The position numbers and the translations under genes were made by a program. The notes below the pieces were generated by a model that saw nothing but the letters and a program-made list of their open reading frames with translations, had not been told where the DNA came from and ran no database searches. Positions 40,683 through 53,098 of a DNA stretch of 64,000 bases are shown one piece after another (position 1 is the first letter of the stretch; each line of letters starts with the position of its first letter). Origin of the DNA: Microbotryum violaceum (Eukaryota); contig CDLV01000014.1 in assembly GCA_001244265.2 (NCBI GenBank), positions 558,001 through 622,000 of the forward strand, in the 5' to 3' direction.

Positions 40683-42042
40683 TCAGCTTACGCAGGCGTA
40701 AAGGTCTGCTCCCAAACGTACCTTGTCTTCCAACAAAGCTTCTAGCTGCGGATAGATTTCGTCGCTCGTCGATCCTGTGAGGGTCACAACCTCCGCGTCT
40801 GTTCCGGCGTAGTGCTGGAGCAATGGCTCGTTTTCGGTATGGAATGCGACCAATCGCTTCGAGAATATCTCCTGCCTCACGCAGCACTCTTCGTCAGTGG
40901 TGCCCCATTGGCAAACATCCTCCGCCTACCGGCGGCCAGCACTCACTGCTGTGTCGTCGGGTCTTTGTGTTAAATCCTCGCCCGTGAGATCGTCTTTGCC
41001 CGGTATTTTGGGTGGATTGAACGAGTTGTTATAAACTCGGCCGCTGGGGGCGTGAAGCCAACGCCCCTCGATCCGCTCTAGGATCACATCGTCCGGCACA
41101 TTTAGGTTCACGACCAGGTTCAGCGAGTCCTCAGATGAGGCTAAAAGCTTGTCAAGGAGTGTGGCTTGAGAGGCCTTGCGGGGGAAGCCGTCGAGCTGGG
41201 AGCGGCAGATTGTACACCGGTCGGAGATCAGCGCGTGACAGAAGACCAGACAGGCGACTTTGGGAAGTATAAGGCCAAAGTAGACTCCAAGAATGGTGGC
41301 GTAGCTATACTCACAATCCAGTCTTTATCACTGAAAGCGTGCAGTTGGGGTTCAATCAATCGAAGTACGATTTCGTCTGGAAGTAAAGCTGATTTCGCCC
41401 CCGTTTTGCGAAGAAAAGAGGGGTCAGTTCCAAGGAAATAGTCACGCAGAGAACCGGAGCATGATTTTTACTGGTCTCACTTCCTTCTGACATTGCTTTC
41501 TTGGCCACAGAACCCAACGGGGTTCCTCTGAGGATCTCCGCTCGCAATAAATCGCCGACGCCAATGGTCGCGAGATCCCACTCTGCATGGTGCGGCGCAG
41601 AACAGTCAGCATCGGTTGAGCTGCTCTACGTCGCAATGATTTTTCATGCACTTGCTTTTGAGTATTCGTTCCCCTTGAGTTCCTTTGCCTGAACCCTGAG
41701 ACCAATTACGAGCACCAGAGCCCGCGGCGGGTCACGGTGTCAGCCAGTGTGGGGCTCAACGCACTTCGCCATATCCGGGTACCAATCTCCTGCACGTACC
41801 GGGGCCCCGAGGATTATCATCCTCAGTTTACGAAGTGGCTTTGGTTCGGCTGTTGGGGCTGACTTTGTTTTCAGATATCGTGCGGCTCCAAAGGACTGAT
41901 GGAGGGCATGCTTCGTCCCCACGGGAGCAGCTACCCGTAGCAGGTTCCGGCCGGGGAGCTTGAGCGAATGTAGGAGCGTAGGCCATCCAACGCGAGGTCC
42001 GGGTTGCCAAAGGAATGCATGGCACCCATTGCTCAACCTCAT
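40683..42042 (-). CDS. ADK2: Adenylate kinase, mitochondrial GTP:AMP phosphotransferase type (Adk2/AK3-like)
   Basis: MIILGAP|GSGKGTQ P-loop, GDLLRAEI, WI|LDGFPR, ERIEGRWLHAPSGRVYNNSFNPPK..DDLTGEDLTQRPDD LID; start codon uncertain. Confidence 0.85.
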
Positions 42043-42424
42043 GGAAGGCGAAGAAGTCCACGACGGCGGCGAGGGTCAGGGGAGGGCGGGCGGAAGGAGA
42101 GGAGGCGAACACCCGCGCTTGGGCTCAAATGGGGCTTTGTCAGGCAAATCAATCACGCGCCGGCCGGCGCCCTTCGAGATTCCGCCGATAATTTCGATGG
42201 ACGGAGCGTTTGCAGATGCTTATCCGCAATGACGCAGTAAAATGAAGAAGAGAGACAAAAATGGGTGATCACAAGCAACTTCCGACGTGACAGCCAGGCG
42301 CGCCGCCTCAAATTTGGTGCGAGTTCGTATCACTGGCCCGAGTCGCGCGTGCCCGAGAGAGAGCAAACGCATCAATTAGACGAATTCGGCACTCTAGTAG
42401 AACAGCGCATATACTACACAATTC

Positions 42425-43580
42425 CTATATACTGACAGGTCTTAATTCAGGGCTAGTGGAGAACTTTAAGAGTAAGGCAGCAGCATCCATGTGGTCAGTC
42501 GCAGCAGGCGGGCCAGCTTGCTTGCAGCAGCACATGTGGTTTGAATCCAGCAAGTTTGAGGGGGTAGCAATTTGCTCTTCGAGAAACTGGACACGACTCT
42601 GTAGTTCGGACATATAGAGTATGGTTCCCTGTTTGTACCGTTCGCAAGAGTAGTGTCAAATTGGAAGGACAAGGATCAGAGGCCAAACTTTGTCGATCGC
42701 GCTTACTTGCAAAATTTGCAGTTTGTGCAAGCCCGACCCGCCGCTGCCGTCTTCCAGCGGGTCATTCGCTCTGACTCGGTTTCTTCCCCTCTCATGAGCC
42801 CTCCGCACTTTCTGCTCGCCGTACTCTCGACATTGTGGTACAAGCCGTTTGAGCTGCGACAAGCAATCGTTGATTCGCTCGCGCCGTCGTCGCTCGATGA
42901 GGGAGTGCGAGATCTTTCGTGTAGAAAGATGAGAGGAAGATTTCTCATCCGGCCTGGATGTATGTCCCCGTTTGTCCGATGCAGCAGAGCAAGAAGGTGG
43001 CCCGTCGCTGAGGTCGAGATCAAATGGGGATGGAGCCTTCTTGCGAGCTCCTTCGATCGCCGCGCCGCGCCGAGGTCGTTTGCACAAATTCGGCGCACTC
43101 CTAAAAAGCTCACGGTCGACCTGCGACAGCGCGTCCTCCGCTTCCCAGTTGCGCAGAGTCTGCAGGAAATTATGGAGTAGAACTCGTCAGCGAATGGCTC
43201 AATTTGGGAACTGGTGCGTTCTGAAGTTGCGGTCTCGCTCCGCGCCTCACGTGAAGTTTGTGGTGCACCAGCGGGTCCCGGTCAGGCGAACGAGGCGACT
43301 CGGACTCGAGCTGAGATGCAGTGAGCTGCGCAGGATCGAGCAAACGGGAGAGCATCATTGTGTCGGATCGAGTCTTGTTACTCCCCGGGGCTGAGTCGAG
43401 AGGAAGGCAAGGCGGCGATAGCAATCCTAGTTCGAACGTGGGCGACGAGTTGCTGGCATCGGAACTGAGGCCACTGTCGCAGGCAGCGAAGGTCGACGAG
43501 TCGGGCGTTTGGGGTACCCAGCACCGCATTCCTTCGTCTCGACCGGTCATGGCCTGAGCCTCGTCGTCAAAAGGGAACAT
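42425..43580 (-). CDS. bHLH transcription factor, spliced
   Basis: RKISHSLIERRRRERINDCLSQLKRLVP...GLHKLQILQ| followed by exon ELQSRVQFLEEQI. Confidence 0.85.
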
Positions 43581-44371
43581 ATGGGGGAGAGTCTCAGTGG
43601 TCGAGGATCCAAGGGACTTCGGCGCCCACGAGCAGCTGAGAAGAGCGCGCCAGGCGCATCGGCTCCTCTCTGAGCACGTGGGCACCGCAACACGCGTTGG
43701 CCAGCGTTGGCTGGACCCGGAAAAGCCCCGCCGAAGGTGCGTCTCGAAAAACCCCGTTTTAGGCCGATTTGTACACCGAATATCCCTATCCAAGGGATGT
43801 ATGTATTCCGGTGTAAGACCAATCTATCGGGTTGTGTTGAAAAGTTACTCTACCATGAAGAACCACGTCATGTAGCATATCACAAGCCATAAATGTGCCC
43901 GAAAAGTACAAATCTCCGAGACGCACACTGCATTGGGCTGAGCTTTCTCGCGGCTATAGCCTGCCAGTGCACGACTCGGAGGTAGGCCTGTCACGCACGC
44001 ACTACCACTTAATGAGTTCGAGAGCCGTTCACAAGCGTCACTCAACATGTGTAAGAAAATAGAACAGAGGGGGTCAGAAATGGATGTATTGCTAGCATCA
44101 AGTCCAGGATTCGTTCTTCTTTATAGTGTTACTTTTAGGGTCAGATAAACTGTAACGATACAGCCTGACCTAGACTCCGACGCGTTTCACGATGTGGGAG
44201 GCAAGCAAAAATGGGTTGTCTAGTACGAGCAGATTGAGCAGACCATTTTGGCCGATCTTGACCGACAGTCTCCGACAGTAACTGCTCAGCGAGTAGCAGG
44301 CTAGCAGCGACTCGGAGTAGGAATGCGTGACGAGCGGTCGGGCACGGTGGTCTTCGCACCGATGCGACAGC

Positions 44372-45889
44372 ATGTTGCCCACGACACTCGACTCTCACCA
44401 TTCACCCGCCACGCTGAAGTCGCCGTGTCCAACTCGACTAAGCCCTGCGGAGCTTTCTTATTCTGCGTTTCGCACATTTCTGCTCAACAATGAACCGTGT
44501 TTGCTCCCCCGCGAGGTAGTGGAAGCTTGGCCAATCTGCCAACATTGGAGGCTACGGCCCACGTCGACCACCGTAGTGGATCCGAGTTCCGAAGCTGCAT
44601 CGACTTCAACACCCAACTACGAATATCTCAGGGCAAATCTGGGTCACTATCCTTTACCGTCTGTCGTGGATCAAAGCTGTTTGCGCGTTACACCGGATGC
44701 ACCTTCGGCGTTTGGCTCGCTGCTCGACCTCTGGCGCAATGGCGAGGGACGCTCGCTTTACCTCAAGGACTGGCACCTGCCCGCTATATTCGAATCTCAG
44801 GTCGCTGCAAGCGGTGTTCTGAACCGAGACCAGTCGTATGGCTTCTATGAGGTCCCTGGCCTTTGGCGTGACGACTGGCTCAACCGCTACCACCTCGCGA
44901 ACTCCAATGACGACTTCCGCTTCGTGTACGCAGGTGGAGCCGATACGTTCACGCCACTGCATCGAGATGTTTTTGATTCGTATTCGATTTCGACCAACAT
45001 CATTGGTGCCAAGCGTTGGTATCTCTTCCCGCCTGAACTCACTGCGACCCTGGAGCCGATGCTTGCCAAAGCTGGCCGGGACAGTGGCTGGGTCAATGTT
45101 GAAGAGTGGGACACGCAGCAAAAGGAGGAGTTCATATCAAAGGGCATGATGGTCTTTGTACAAGAGGAAGGCGAAACTCTGTTTGGTAGGTTGGTGTAGC
45201 GCAATTCGGCCATGGGGAGCTGTTTCTGACGGGATTAGAATGGCCCCACAGTCCCGAGTGGGTGGCACCATCATGTCACAAACCTTTCCCATCCAACGAT
45301 ATCACTAAATCATAACTGGATCAATGCGCACAATATTTCGGCAACATATCGGAGCTTGGCTAGGGAGGGCTTGCGGTGTGCGCAGTCAATATCCGATGTG
45401 AAGGAGCTTCTTCAACACCATAGCAAAAATGACTGGCGCCCTCGGTGGGCACGGTGTGTATCTGATCTTCTCGATCAAAGTGCAGGGTGGGGGTAAGCTG
45501 CTGGTTACTTTCAAAGGTGGGTTACCCCTAGCTGATCATCTCTCAATTCAGCTGGTCAACATTCTGGGCCATGACTCTTTTTGCTCTGAAGGACTGCCGT
45601 CATCACCCCAAAGAGACCGCATCAAGTCATTGGCCAGCCGTTACTTCTGACTTGCAGCCCCCTCTGCAGTACCTTGTTGTACAAGTAAGTGAGGTTGACC
45701 TGCTTCAAACCAAAGTGGCTGACCACAGACTTACCAGAGTTTCACCTGGCCTTTCAGATCCAGCCACTCCTAGCTGATTTCCTGTCAAGAGAGGAGGCTG
45801 AGCATATGTACCTGCCAGGCCTTTCTGAGCTTTTGGCCTGCATAACTGATCAGCTTAATGTTTTGGAGGATATGGCCAAAGCACCCTAA
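44372..45889 (+). CDS. JmjC-domain 2-oxoglutarate/Fe(II) dioxygenase, JMJD4-like
   Basis: LYLKDWHL, DDWLN, DFRFVYAG..FTPLHRDVF.SYS.STNI.G.KRW, QEEGETLF|VPSGWHHHV.NL..ISLNHNW. Confidence 0.88.
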
Positions 45890-46309
45890 CTCTTCACTGT
45901 ATAATTCCATATTCAACAACCCGCTACGTGACATTGTTCACTTAACTGATCTCTAAGTTAAATGAAATGTTGAATCCTCGCAATAATTGATCATTGATTA
46001 TTCTGAAGAAGGATTTTGACAAGGGCGAAGGGGTCTACGACGGACTAAGTCTGGAGAAAGAGGAGAAGCTCAAAAAGCTTCATCCAGAACCAGGGACGTG
46101 TCGGCAAGCAAAGGCTGATATCCTCTAGTCATGTGTCGGGTGTCATGTGAAAATTTGATCAGAAAGAGTCCGAGTCTGAGAAATAGAAACCACGAGTGGC
46201 TTCCCATTGAATCAATGGGCTGATGAAACAGCAGGAAGATCGAAAAGTGTACATGAACTGAGCCAAAAAACATAACACGAAGTACAGCACAGAACCCAAT
46301 AATTCTTTC

Positions 46310-48130
46310 ATCGCCAAAATAGCCTGCTCGTTGCGTATTGTCCAACACTTTGTGGCATAGTTGGTTCAAGTCGGCTTCAAACACTCGTGCATTTGAGCTC
46401 CAGACGGTTGCATGTTTTAGCATTCGGCCCCCGTGCAGCCTTGATTTCCGGCCAGTCGGGGTTACACGTCGCCGTAAAGAACAGCAAAGGCTTTCCGTAT
46501 TGGACAGTGCAAGCCATCGCGTCTTGGTAAAGCTGCGTGATCTCGCTCGGGCTATTCTTGAACGTCGAGCCCAAAGTTCCGAACGCCCAATTTAATCCGG
46601 GAACAAGCCGTTGCTGACAGCGTCGGTGATGCCATGGGCCGTGTGAAGGCGCAGATTTTCTTGATGAAGCCCGATATAGTTGAGCCGACCGGTCTCGGCT
46701 AGGAATATCCGTCGATCACGAACTCGAGAAAGAAGTGCTGGGCAATGCGACATTGAGAAGTAGTCGGCGCGTTCGTGCTGGTACGCGGATGGTTGTGAAC
46801 GCGAGACTCGGATTGATCCACCTCGACCCCTTTTGCTTGACCCATTCTAGATCTTCATCCTACTATGTCAGTCTGTCCGTGAGTCTCAGCAGAGAGGTAC
46901 TGGGTCAGGAAGCCTCGCACGGCGGAGGCGCTCTGGGCTTCCTTATTAGAACCTAAAGCCGAGGCACGAGATACGTTTAGTACGAGAGCCGAGGATGATA
47001 GTAAAGACAGTTGCAGGTATTGCAAAGTAACTAACCTAAAGCCGAGGCACGAGATACGTTTAGTACGAGAGCCGAGGATGATAGTAAAGACAGTTGGAGA
47101 AAGAAGAGAAGCGCAGAGTAGGAGCGCGCGAGGCAAGCAATAGCCGCGCGAGGCGACTAATATCAACAACTAGTAACTGATCATGATCGGTAATAGAAGT
47201 GGGATGAAACAGCAATATACACTCTGACATTTCTGACCCAGTACCTATCACAAAGAGCCGAAAACGCTTACGTTCACCATCACTATTCTCTTCGTTCTCT
47301 TCCTCGTAGTCTTCATCCTCATCATCGCCGTCTTTGTCCCTATCTCCGTCTTCGTCTTCCTCCGCCCAGCTTGTTTCAACCCGCAAAGAGAAAAGTCGAG
47401 GCGGAAGCCATGGTCTCCTACGAGGCTTAGGAGTGGGTAACGGAGAGGCATCGCGGAGGGACGGAGCAAGCTGACACTGCACCTTGCTGCTTGGGCCGAC
47501 CGTCTGGACATCGATCACCGCGCACCTGAAGAGTAAGGACTTGCGGGTTGCTGTCGGAAACGCAGATAAGCACGCCATCTCCGTGCTCGATATAGGAAGG
47601 TTGGGGGGTGTTGTGGGTGCGTCGGTCTCGGCCTGGTGGTAGGCAGAGGCGCAGGACCCACTCTTTGGCCGGACTCGGAGCTTCGTCCGATGCTAATTCC
47701 CTTACAAAGCGATTTCCGGTGTGCAACATGAACTCGATTTGGCCCAAGTATATCTTTGTATGCAACTGTTTGCGCCGTCGGGTCCAAGTTGACTGTCGGT
47801 GACCTCGGCCAGGTCGATGAGCCATGTTTGGGCAAAGGCTGCAGGCGATGGTAAAGGTGACCGACCACACGCGCGAAACACGGTGGGTCCCAGAGTGCCC
47901 AGTCGAGTCTGTTCAAAGTGGGCAGCGAGCAAAGTGAAGGACAGCGCGTTGATGTACGACCGAGCGCTCTCGCGGAAAGCCAGATACCTGTCGAAAATCG
48001 GGATTGGGCTGGGGAGGGGGAGGCAGCTGCACCTTGCCTTGCGAGCAGCACGTGCTGAAGTTTTCCGTCGACTTCGTCCTTTCGCCCAGTGTCGAGCCTT
48101 GCAGTGGCACTGTGCACACGGCCGTCTGGG
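46310..48130 (-). mobile_element. Second degenerate Helitron remnant, interrupted by an insertion
   Basis: CAQCHCKARHW, FSTCCSQGKVQLPPP, FRESARSYINALSFT, PSAMPLRYPLL, GSTFKNSPSEITQLYQDAMACTVQYGKPLLFFTATCNPDW; colinear with the 35061-36590 remnant. Confidence 0.85.
46895..47252. mobile_element. ~350-bp insertion bounded by 14-bp inverted repeats (solo LTR or MITE) containing a 64-bp direct duplication
   Basis: AGGTACTGGGTCAG (46895-46908) and CTGACCCAGTACCT (47233-47246); segment absent from the first Helitron copy; internal repeat ~46950-47013 / ~47033-47096. Confidence 0.65.
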
Positions 48131-48556
48131 GCCGAGGGCTGGCCTTGAGTAGTTAGAATTTGATATCGACGTCAATCTAGGAACACCTCTGATTCTCACG
48201 GTCAATCAAGAGCGATGGGAGAGGACGATCACTAAATAGCTCGCCTCGCTTCGCGGTACGCCCGCTTCTGGCGATGGACCGCATCATGTGTCACAGTCTA
48301 CTTGGTGTCGTTTGATATGTGTCTGTGCCTGTGGTATCTGCGCGGATGCGCGTGCGTTTAGTCATTAGTCACTTTGGTATTGTAGTTTGATCTGTTTAAG
48401 TTAGGGAGCGCGCGGGGCTTTCTTCCAGCGCGGCTGTTTACTCTTGATAGCTTTCTCATCACTCGCTCTACATTGTGGTCCTGACTTCTCGGCGTCGTGC
48501 ACCCTCACCTATCGGAAGGCTTTACTTCCGCGCTCGCATCTTTTCTGCGTCAGGTT

Positions 48557-51500
48557 ATGAGTCCAACGGGTAGCGTAGGAGGCCCGGGTCAGCAAAGCGA
48601 TTCACATCGCACCACCAACATCGGAATGGACACCGAAACACACTCTACCGAAACGAGTGAACGTGGATTACATGTCCCAATTCTTCGGGCAGCCAACTAT
48701 ATGGATTGGCGTCGACGTCTGATTGGTCGTCTTGGGTCCAAGGATTTGCATCTTTGCGCCTCGAGGCGGATGAGCCCGGCTGCGGAGGCTGTTCTCCAAG
48801 CCGCAATCGACGATCGATCGCGTGGCTTCCACTCGCCCCTCGAGCGGCTCGACTTCGCAGCTATGGACGCGAAGATCGCCAAGGAGCTAAAGAAGGAGGT
48901 TCGAACTCAAGCTGAAATCATTCAGTTTCTCGATGAGGCCAATCTTCGCTTGGTCAGGGGTTGTTACACGTCTTACGACATACTCGACTCGCTGAACACG
49001 TTCTACCTCGGAACGATGAGCGCTCAGATTTCCGCCTTGACGACTGAGCTCTATTCGCGCAAGTTCTCGTCTGGCGATCGTGGGCAGTTACTGCACCACT
49101 TGATCACCATTCATGGAATTTTGCAAGATCTTGAGGCGTGTGGCTCTGGATGCCACCAGCTCAGCAATCGACGCTGATGCTCGATTCCGTCTTCGACTCG
49201 CAACACGAGTCGTTCACAAGCTCACTGCGTCGACCTCTGGCTCTACCTTCGGAGATTGTTTCCGAGGCACGGTCTTACCAGTTCAAAGTCTCGCTGGCAA
49301 GTCGAATCAATGGACTATCTGCCACGACTTCCGGACGCGCCATTGCTCAGTCGCCTGTTCCTGCGCTCGTTGCGCAAGGCGAATCGCAAAAGGGACCGCG
49401 TCGCAAAAGAGGTCACAAGAAAGGCAATCGCGACGGTCAAGGAAATCGCCGTCCTCCCGATTCTACCTGTCATGCGTGTGGAGCGAAGGGACACTGGTCT
49501 AGCGATGCAGTGTGCCCGGAAAACCGTTCAAAGTCATCTGCAGCCCCCGTGTTGGTTGCAATGAACTCCCATTCCCTTTACCTTGCTGGTTCTTCCTCGA
49601 GAGCTCCCGATACCGACTCCGTTTGGATCGCGGATACCGGAGCTGGTCACCACTTTGTTGGCGATCGCTCGCTGCTCTCGGATTTTAAGGAATCCCCGAT
49701 TCAAGTCCAGATGGCCGACAACTCGCTTGGTCAAGCCATTGGATACGGGCGAATGTCTGTTAAGACTTCGCAAGGTCACCTTCTCAAATTCAAGGAGATG
49801 TACTACCTCCCTGGATCGAGGTATGGTCTAATCTCAATGTCGTCGCTCCGCGCTGGAGGCGCGAAATTGGTTTATGGCCATGGGGGAGATACTCAACAGG
49901 TTTGGCTTGACGGCTCTCTCGTCGCCGAAACTGTCAAGACGAAGGCCAAACAACCAAGTTACGTCTTCGATTTTGAGATTGTCTCTCCACCCTCGCCTGT
50001 GCTCGTCGCATCTACCCGTGCTTCCGTTGGAGCTTCGCTCATGGAATGGCATCGGAACTTCGGACACATGGCACCCTCTTCAATTCTTCAACTCGTCAAA
50101 TCCAAGGCTATCGTTGGAATTCGTTTACTCGACAAGAAGATTGAAGACTGTGAGCCGTGCATTATTGCGAAGGCGCGCGCGGGCTCTCACAATCATGTCA
50201 GTCGAAAACCCGAACTTGTTCTTCAACGGGTTTCGATTGATCTGGGATTCGTCAACGATGACGATACCAATGGACGATCCATCTACATGGTTATCGTCGA
50301 CCAACTTTCAACCTATAAGTGGGCTTTTCCACTTGGTTCGAAGTCGGCATCTGAAGTCCTCGAGGTCTGGCGCGGCTTTCAAGCGCAGGTCGAGAGGCAG
50401 TCCGGTCAGAAGATCAAGTTTGTTCGTTCTGACAATGGAGGCGAGTTCGTCAACCAACTCCTTGGCGGCGAATTCAAGGCACTTGGCATCACCCATGAAC
50501 TGGCTGCACGCTACACGCCGCAGCAGAATGGTCAAGTGGAGCGCGCGAACGGCTCTCTCTTCGCGCTCGTCCGTGCCATGCTCAAGGACTCCGGACTTCC
50601 CAAGAAGTATTGGTTCTACGCATTGGAAGCGGCTGTTTTCGTTTCCAACCGCGGTCCTCACCCACATCTCAAGGGCAAGACTGCGTTCGAGGTCTTCTTT
50701 GGCAAGCAACCCGACGTTTCGCATCTTCGCGCGTTCGGATCTACTGCCTACGTTCTCGTCCCCAAGGCGATTCGTAAGAAGCTCGATGACCATACTGTCA
50801 AGGGTACTTTCCTCGGCTATTCGGGGAGTACAACTACAAGGTTCGCGTCGAACACGGTCGGTCTTTCAAGATCGTCGTCTCTTCCGATGTCACCTTCTCC
50901 GACAAGGCTCCTTCGATTGCGGACTCGGCTGTCGAGCCTCGCATCTACGAAGTTGAACCTCTACAGGAACACGAGTTAGTACACCAACTACCGTTTCCTG
51001 GCTTGGAGCAGATTCCGGCTTTACGGCCTGCTCCCCTACCCGAGGCAGGTTTGGCTTTTCAGCCTGCGCTCTTTCCCGAGGCAGAAGTTCCGGCTTTACG
51101 GCCTGCGCTCGTATCCGAGCTTGGTCCGGCTTTTCGGCCAGCTCCCGCTCCTCTTCCTCGTTTCCAACATATGGACGATGACGACGTTGCTCCTCCTCCT
51201 TTCCCGGCTGTCGGTCCATTGGCCGAAGACGCTGAAGTTGAAGAGGACCCGATCGATCATCGACGCAAGGAAGCTGTTGAGGCTATCGGCAGTGACGACG
51301 ACGACAGCCCTGCGGAACACGATCAACCATTACCTCCTGAGGATGGTTACGAGTATCGACCTTACCGTGTCGGCCGCAACCCTGGTGCGCTCAAGAACGT
51401 CGATGCAGGTAACATTTTACCGACTCGCCTGCGTGCTCAGCATCACACAGGCGCCCTTCGTGTCGTGTCTACTCGCTCGGTCTACCGTCATCCACCAGAG

Positions 51501-53098
51501 CTCATTGCTATGGTTTCGTCTCGTCACCCCCGCTTCCCAAGAATTTTGTGGAGGCGATGGCCTCTCCTGAGGCCAAACACTGGATGGCCGCTTCTGAAAA
51601 GGAGTTGGGCTCATTCAAATTGCACAAGGTCTTCAAGCTTACGAGGCTACCCACCGGGGCTTGCGCCCTGGGCTATCGTTGGGTGTTCACTCGCAAAGAA
51701 GACGCTGAAGGCAATATCATCAGCTACAAGGCTCGGCTCGTTATCCAAGGCTTTGCTCAACAACTTGGGATCGACTACAACGAGACGTTTGCTCCTGTCT
51801 CGTCGATCACGACGATTTTGTTTCTCATTGCCATCTCTGCCGCTCTCGGACTCGTCCTCGAACAGTTCGACTATGATTCTGCGTTTCTCAACGGGATCAT
51901 GGAGGAGGATGTCTACATGAAGATTCCTGAAGGATGGACTGGTGGCTCTCAGCCCGGTCACGCTCTCAAGCTCCTTAAATCTATGTACGGCACCAAGCAG
52001 GCTCCTCGGCAATGGAACGCGGCTCTCCACAAGCTGATGACGGATCGCGGCTATACGCGCTCCAATGTCGATGCTTGTCTGTACTTCAAGTATCATGGCA
52101 AGTTGTTCGCAATCATCACTTTGTACGTTGATGATGGGCTTGCTGCATTGAACAACCAGGCTTTTCTGGACTCCGAGATTTCGGCTTTCGATGCGGTCTA
52201 CAAGCTCAAGCGACTTGGCCCGGTCAAGACGTTCCTCGGTCTCGAGTTTATTCGTACCAAGGATTTCATCTTTGTCCACCAGTCTAAGTACATTAGAGGC
52301 TTACTCGAGCACTACACGTTCGAAAGCAAGTCGAAGAAGCCGGTCGCGACTCCAATGGAGGATCGCGTCGTTTCGTCTTCTACTGCTCCGTTCACCGACA
52401 TTCTCGTTTATCAATCGGCTGTGGGAGCGCTTCAATATGCTGCGCAACGTGTTCGTCCCGATATCGCGACTGCTGTTCGTGCGGTGGCGAAGTGCGTGGC
52501 TGCTCCAACCGAAGGAGACTGGATCTGCGTCAAGCGAATCTTTCGCTATCTTTCTGACACCGTCGACTATGGGCTACTCTACCGCATAGGCGGTTCTACC
52601 AAATTCAAGGTGTACAGTGACGCGTCGTTTGGTTGCGATCACGACAACGGAAGATCTGTGGGAGCGTATGTCGTCATTATGGCTGGCGCTGCCATTTCCT
52701 GGAAGTCGAAGCAACAAACGATGGTCGCTTCTTCTACAGCAGAGTCTGAGACTCTGGCTGCTTCAACCGCAGCAAAGGAGGCTATCGGTCTTCGCAACCT
52801 GGCGTCCGAACTTCGCATCAATCAAGGTCAATCTACTGTTCTGCACGAGGACAACCAACCTTGCATCGATTTGGCGAAGAATCCCGGAGCTCGAGGTCGT
52901 ACACGCCATTGGAATGTGCATCATTTCTATCTACGCGAACGAATCGAGGTTGGCGATATCGATCTCCGCTACTGTCCGACCAATCTGAACACGGCCGACA
53001 TTTTCACGAAACCCCTGCCCAAACTCAAGTTCGCTACGCATCGCGAGGGACTCGGGATGGTCTCGCTGGCTACCTTGGCATGGGGGAGTGTCGTTTGA
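48557..53098 (+). CDS. Copia gag-pol polyprotein, split by three single-base frameshifts
   Basis: Zn knuckle [16 protein letters not shown]; protease [21 protein letters not shown]; integrase [28 protein letters not shown]; RNase[15 protein letters not shown]. Confidence 0.92.
51015..51150 (+). repeat. Degenerate ~36-bp coding repeats in the IN-RT linker
   Basis: [12 protein letters not shown] / [12 protein letters not shown] / [12 protein letters not shown] / GPAFRPAP. Confidence 0.7.

Noticed and set aside
43772-43814. Imperfect hairpin upstream of the bHLH gene
   Set aside because: Short and imperfect, with no second copy or TSD to support a TE or ncRNA call
49138-49177. Programmed gag-pol frameshift
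   Set aside because: The shift falls before the gag Zn knuckle, no slippery heptamer is evident, and it matches the other two single-base deletions
49874-50956. 360-aa alternative-frame ORF in copia pol
   Set aside because: Off-frame overlap of integrase, low-complexity Ser/Arg translation; no evidence of function
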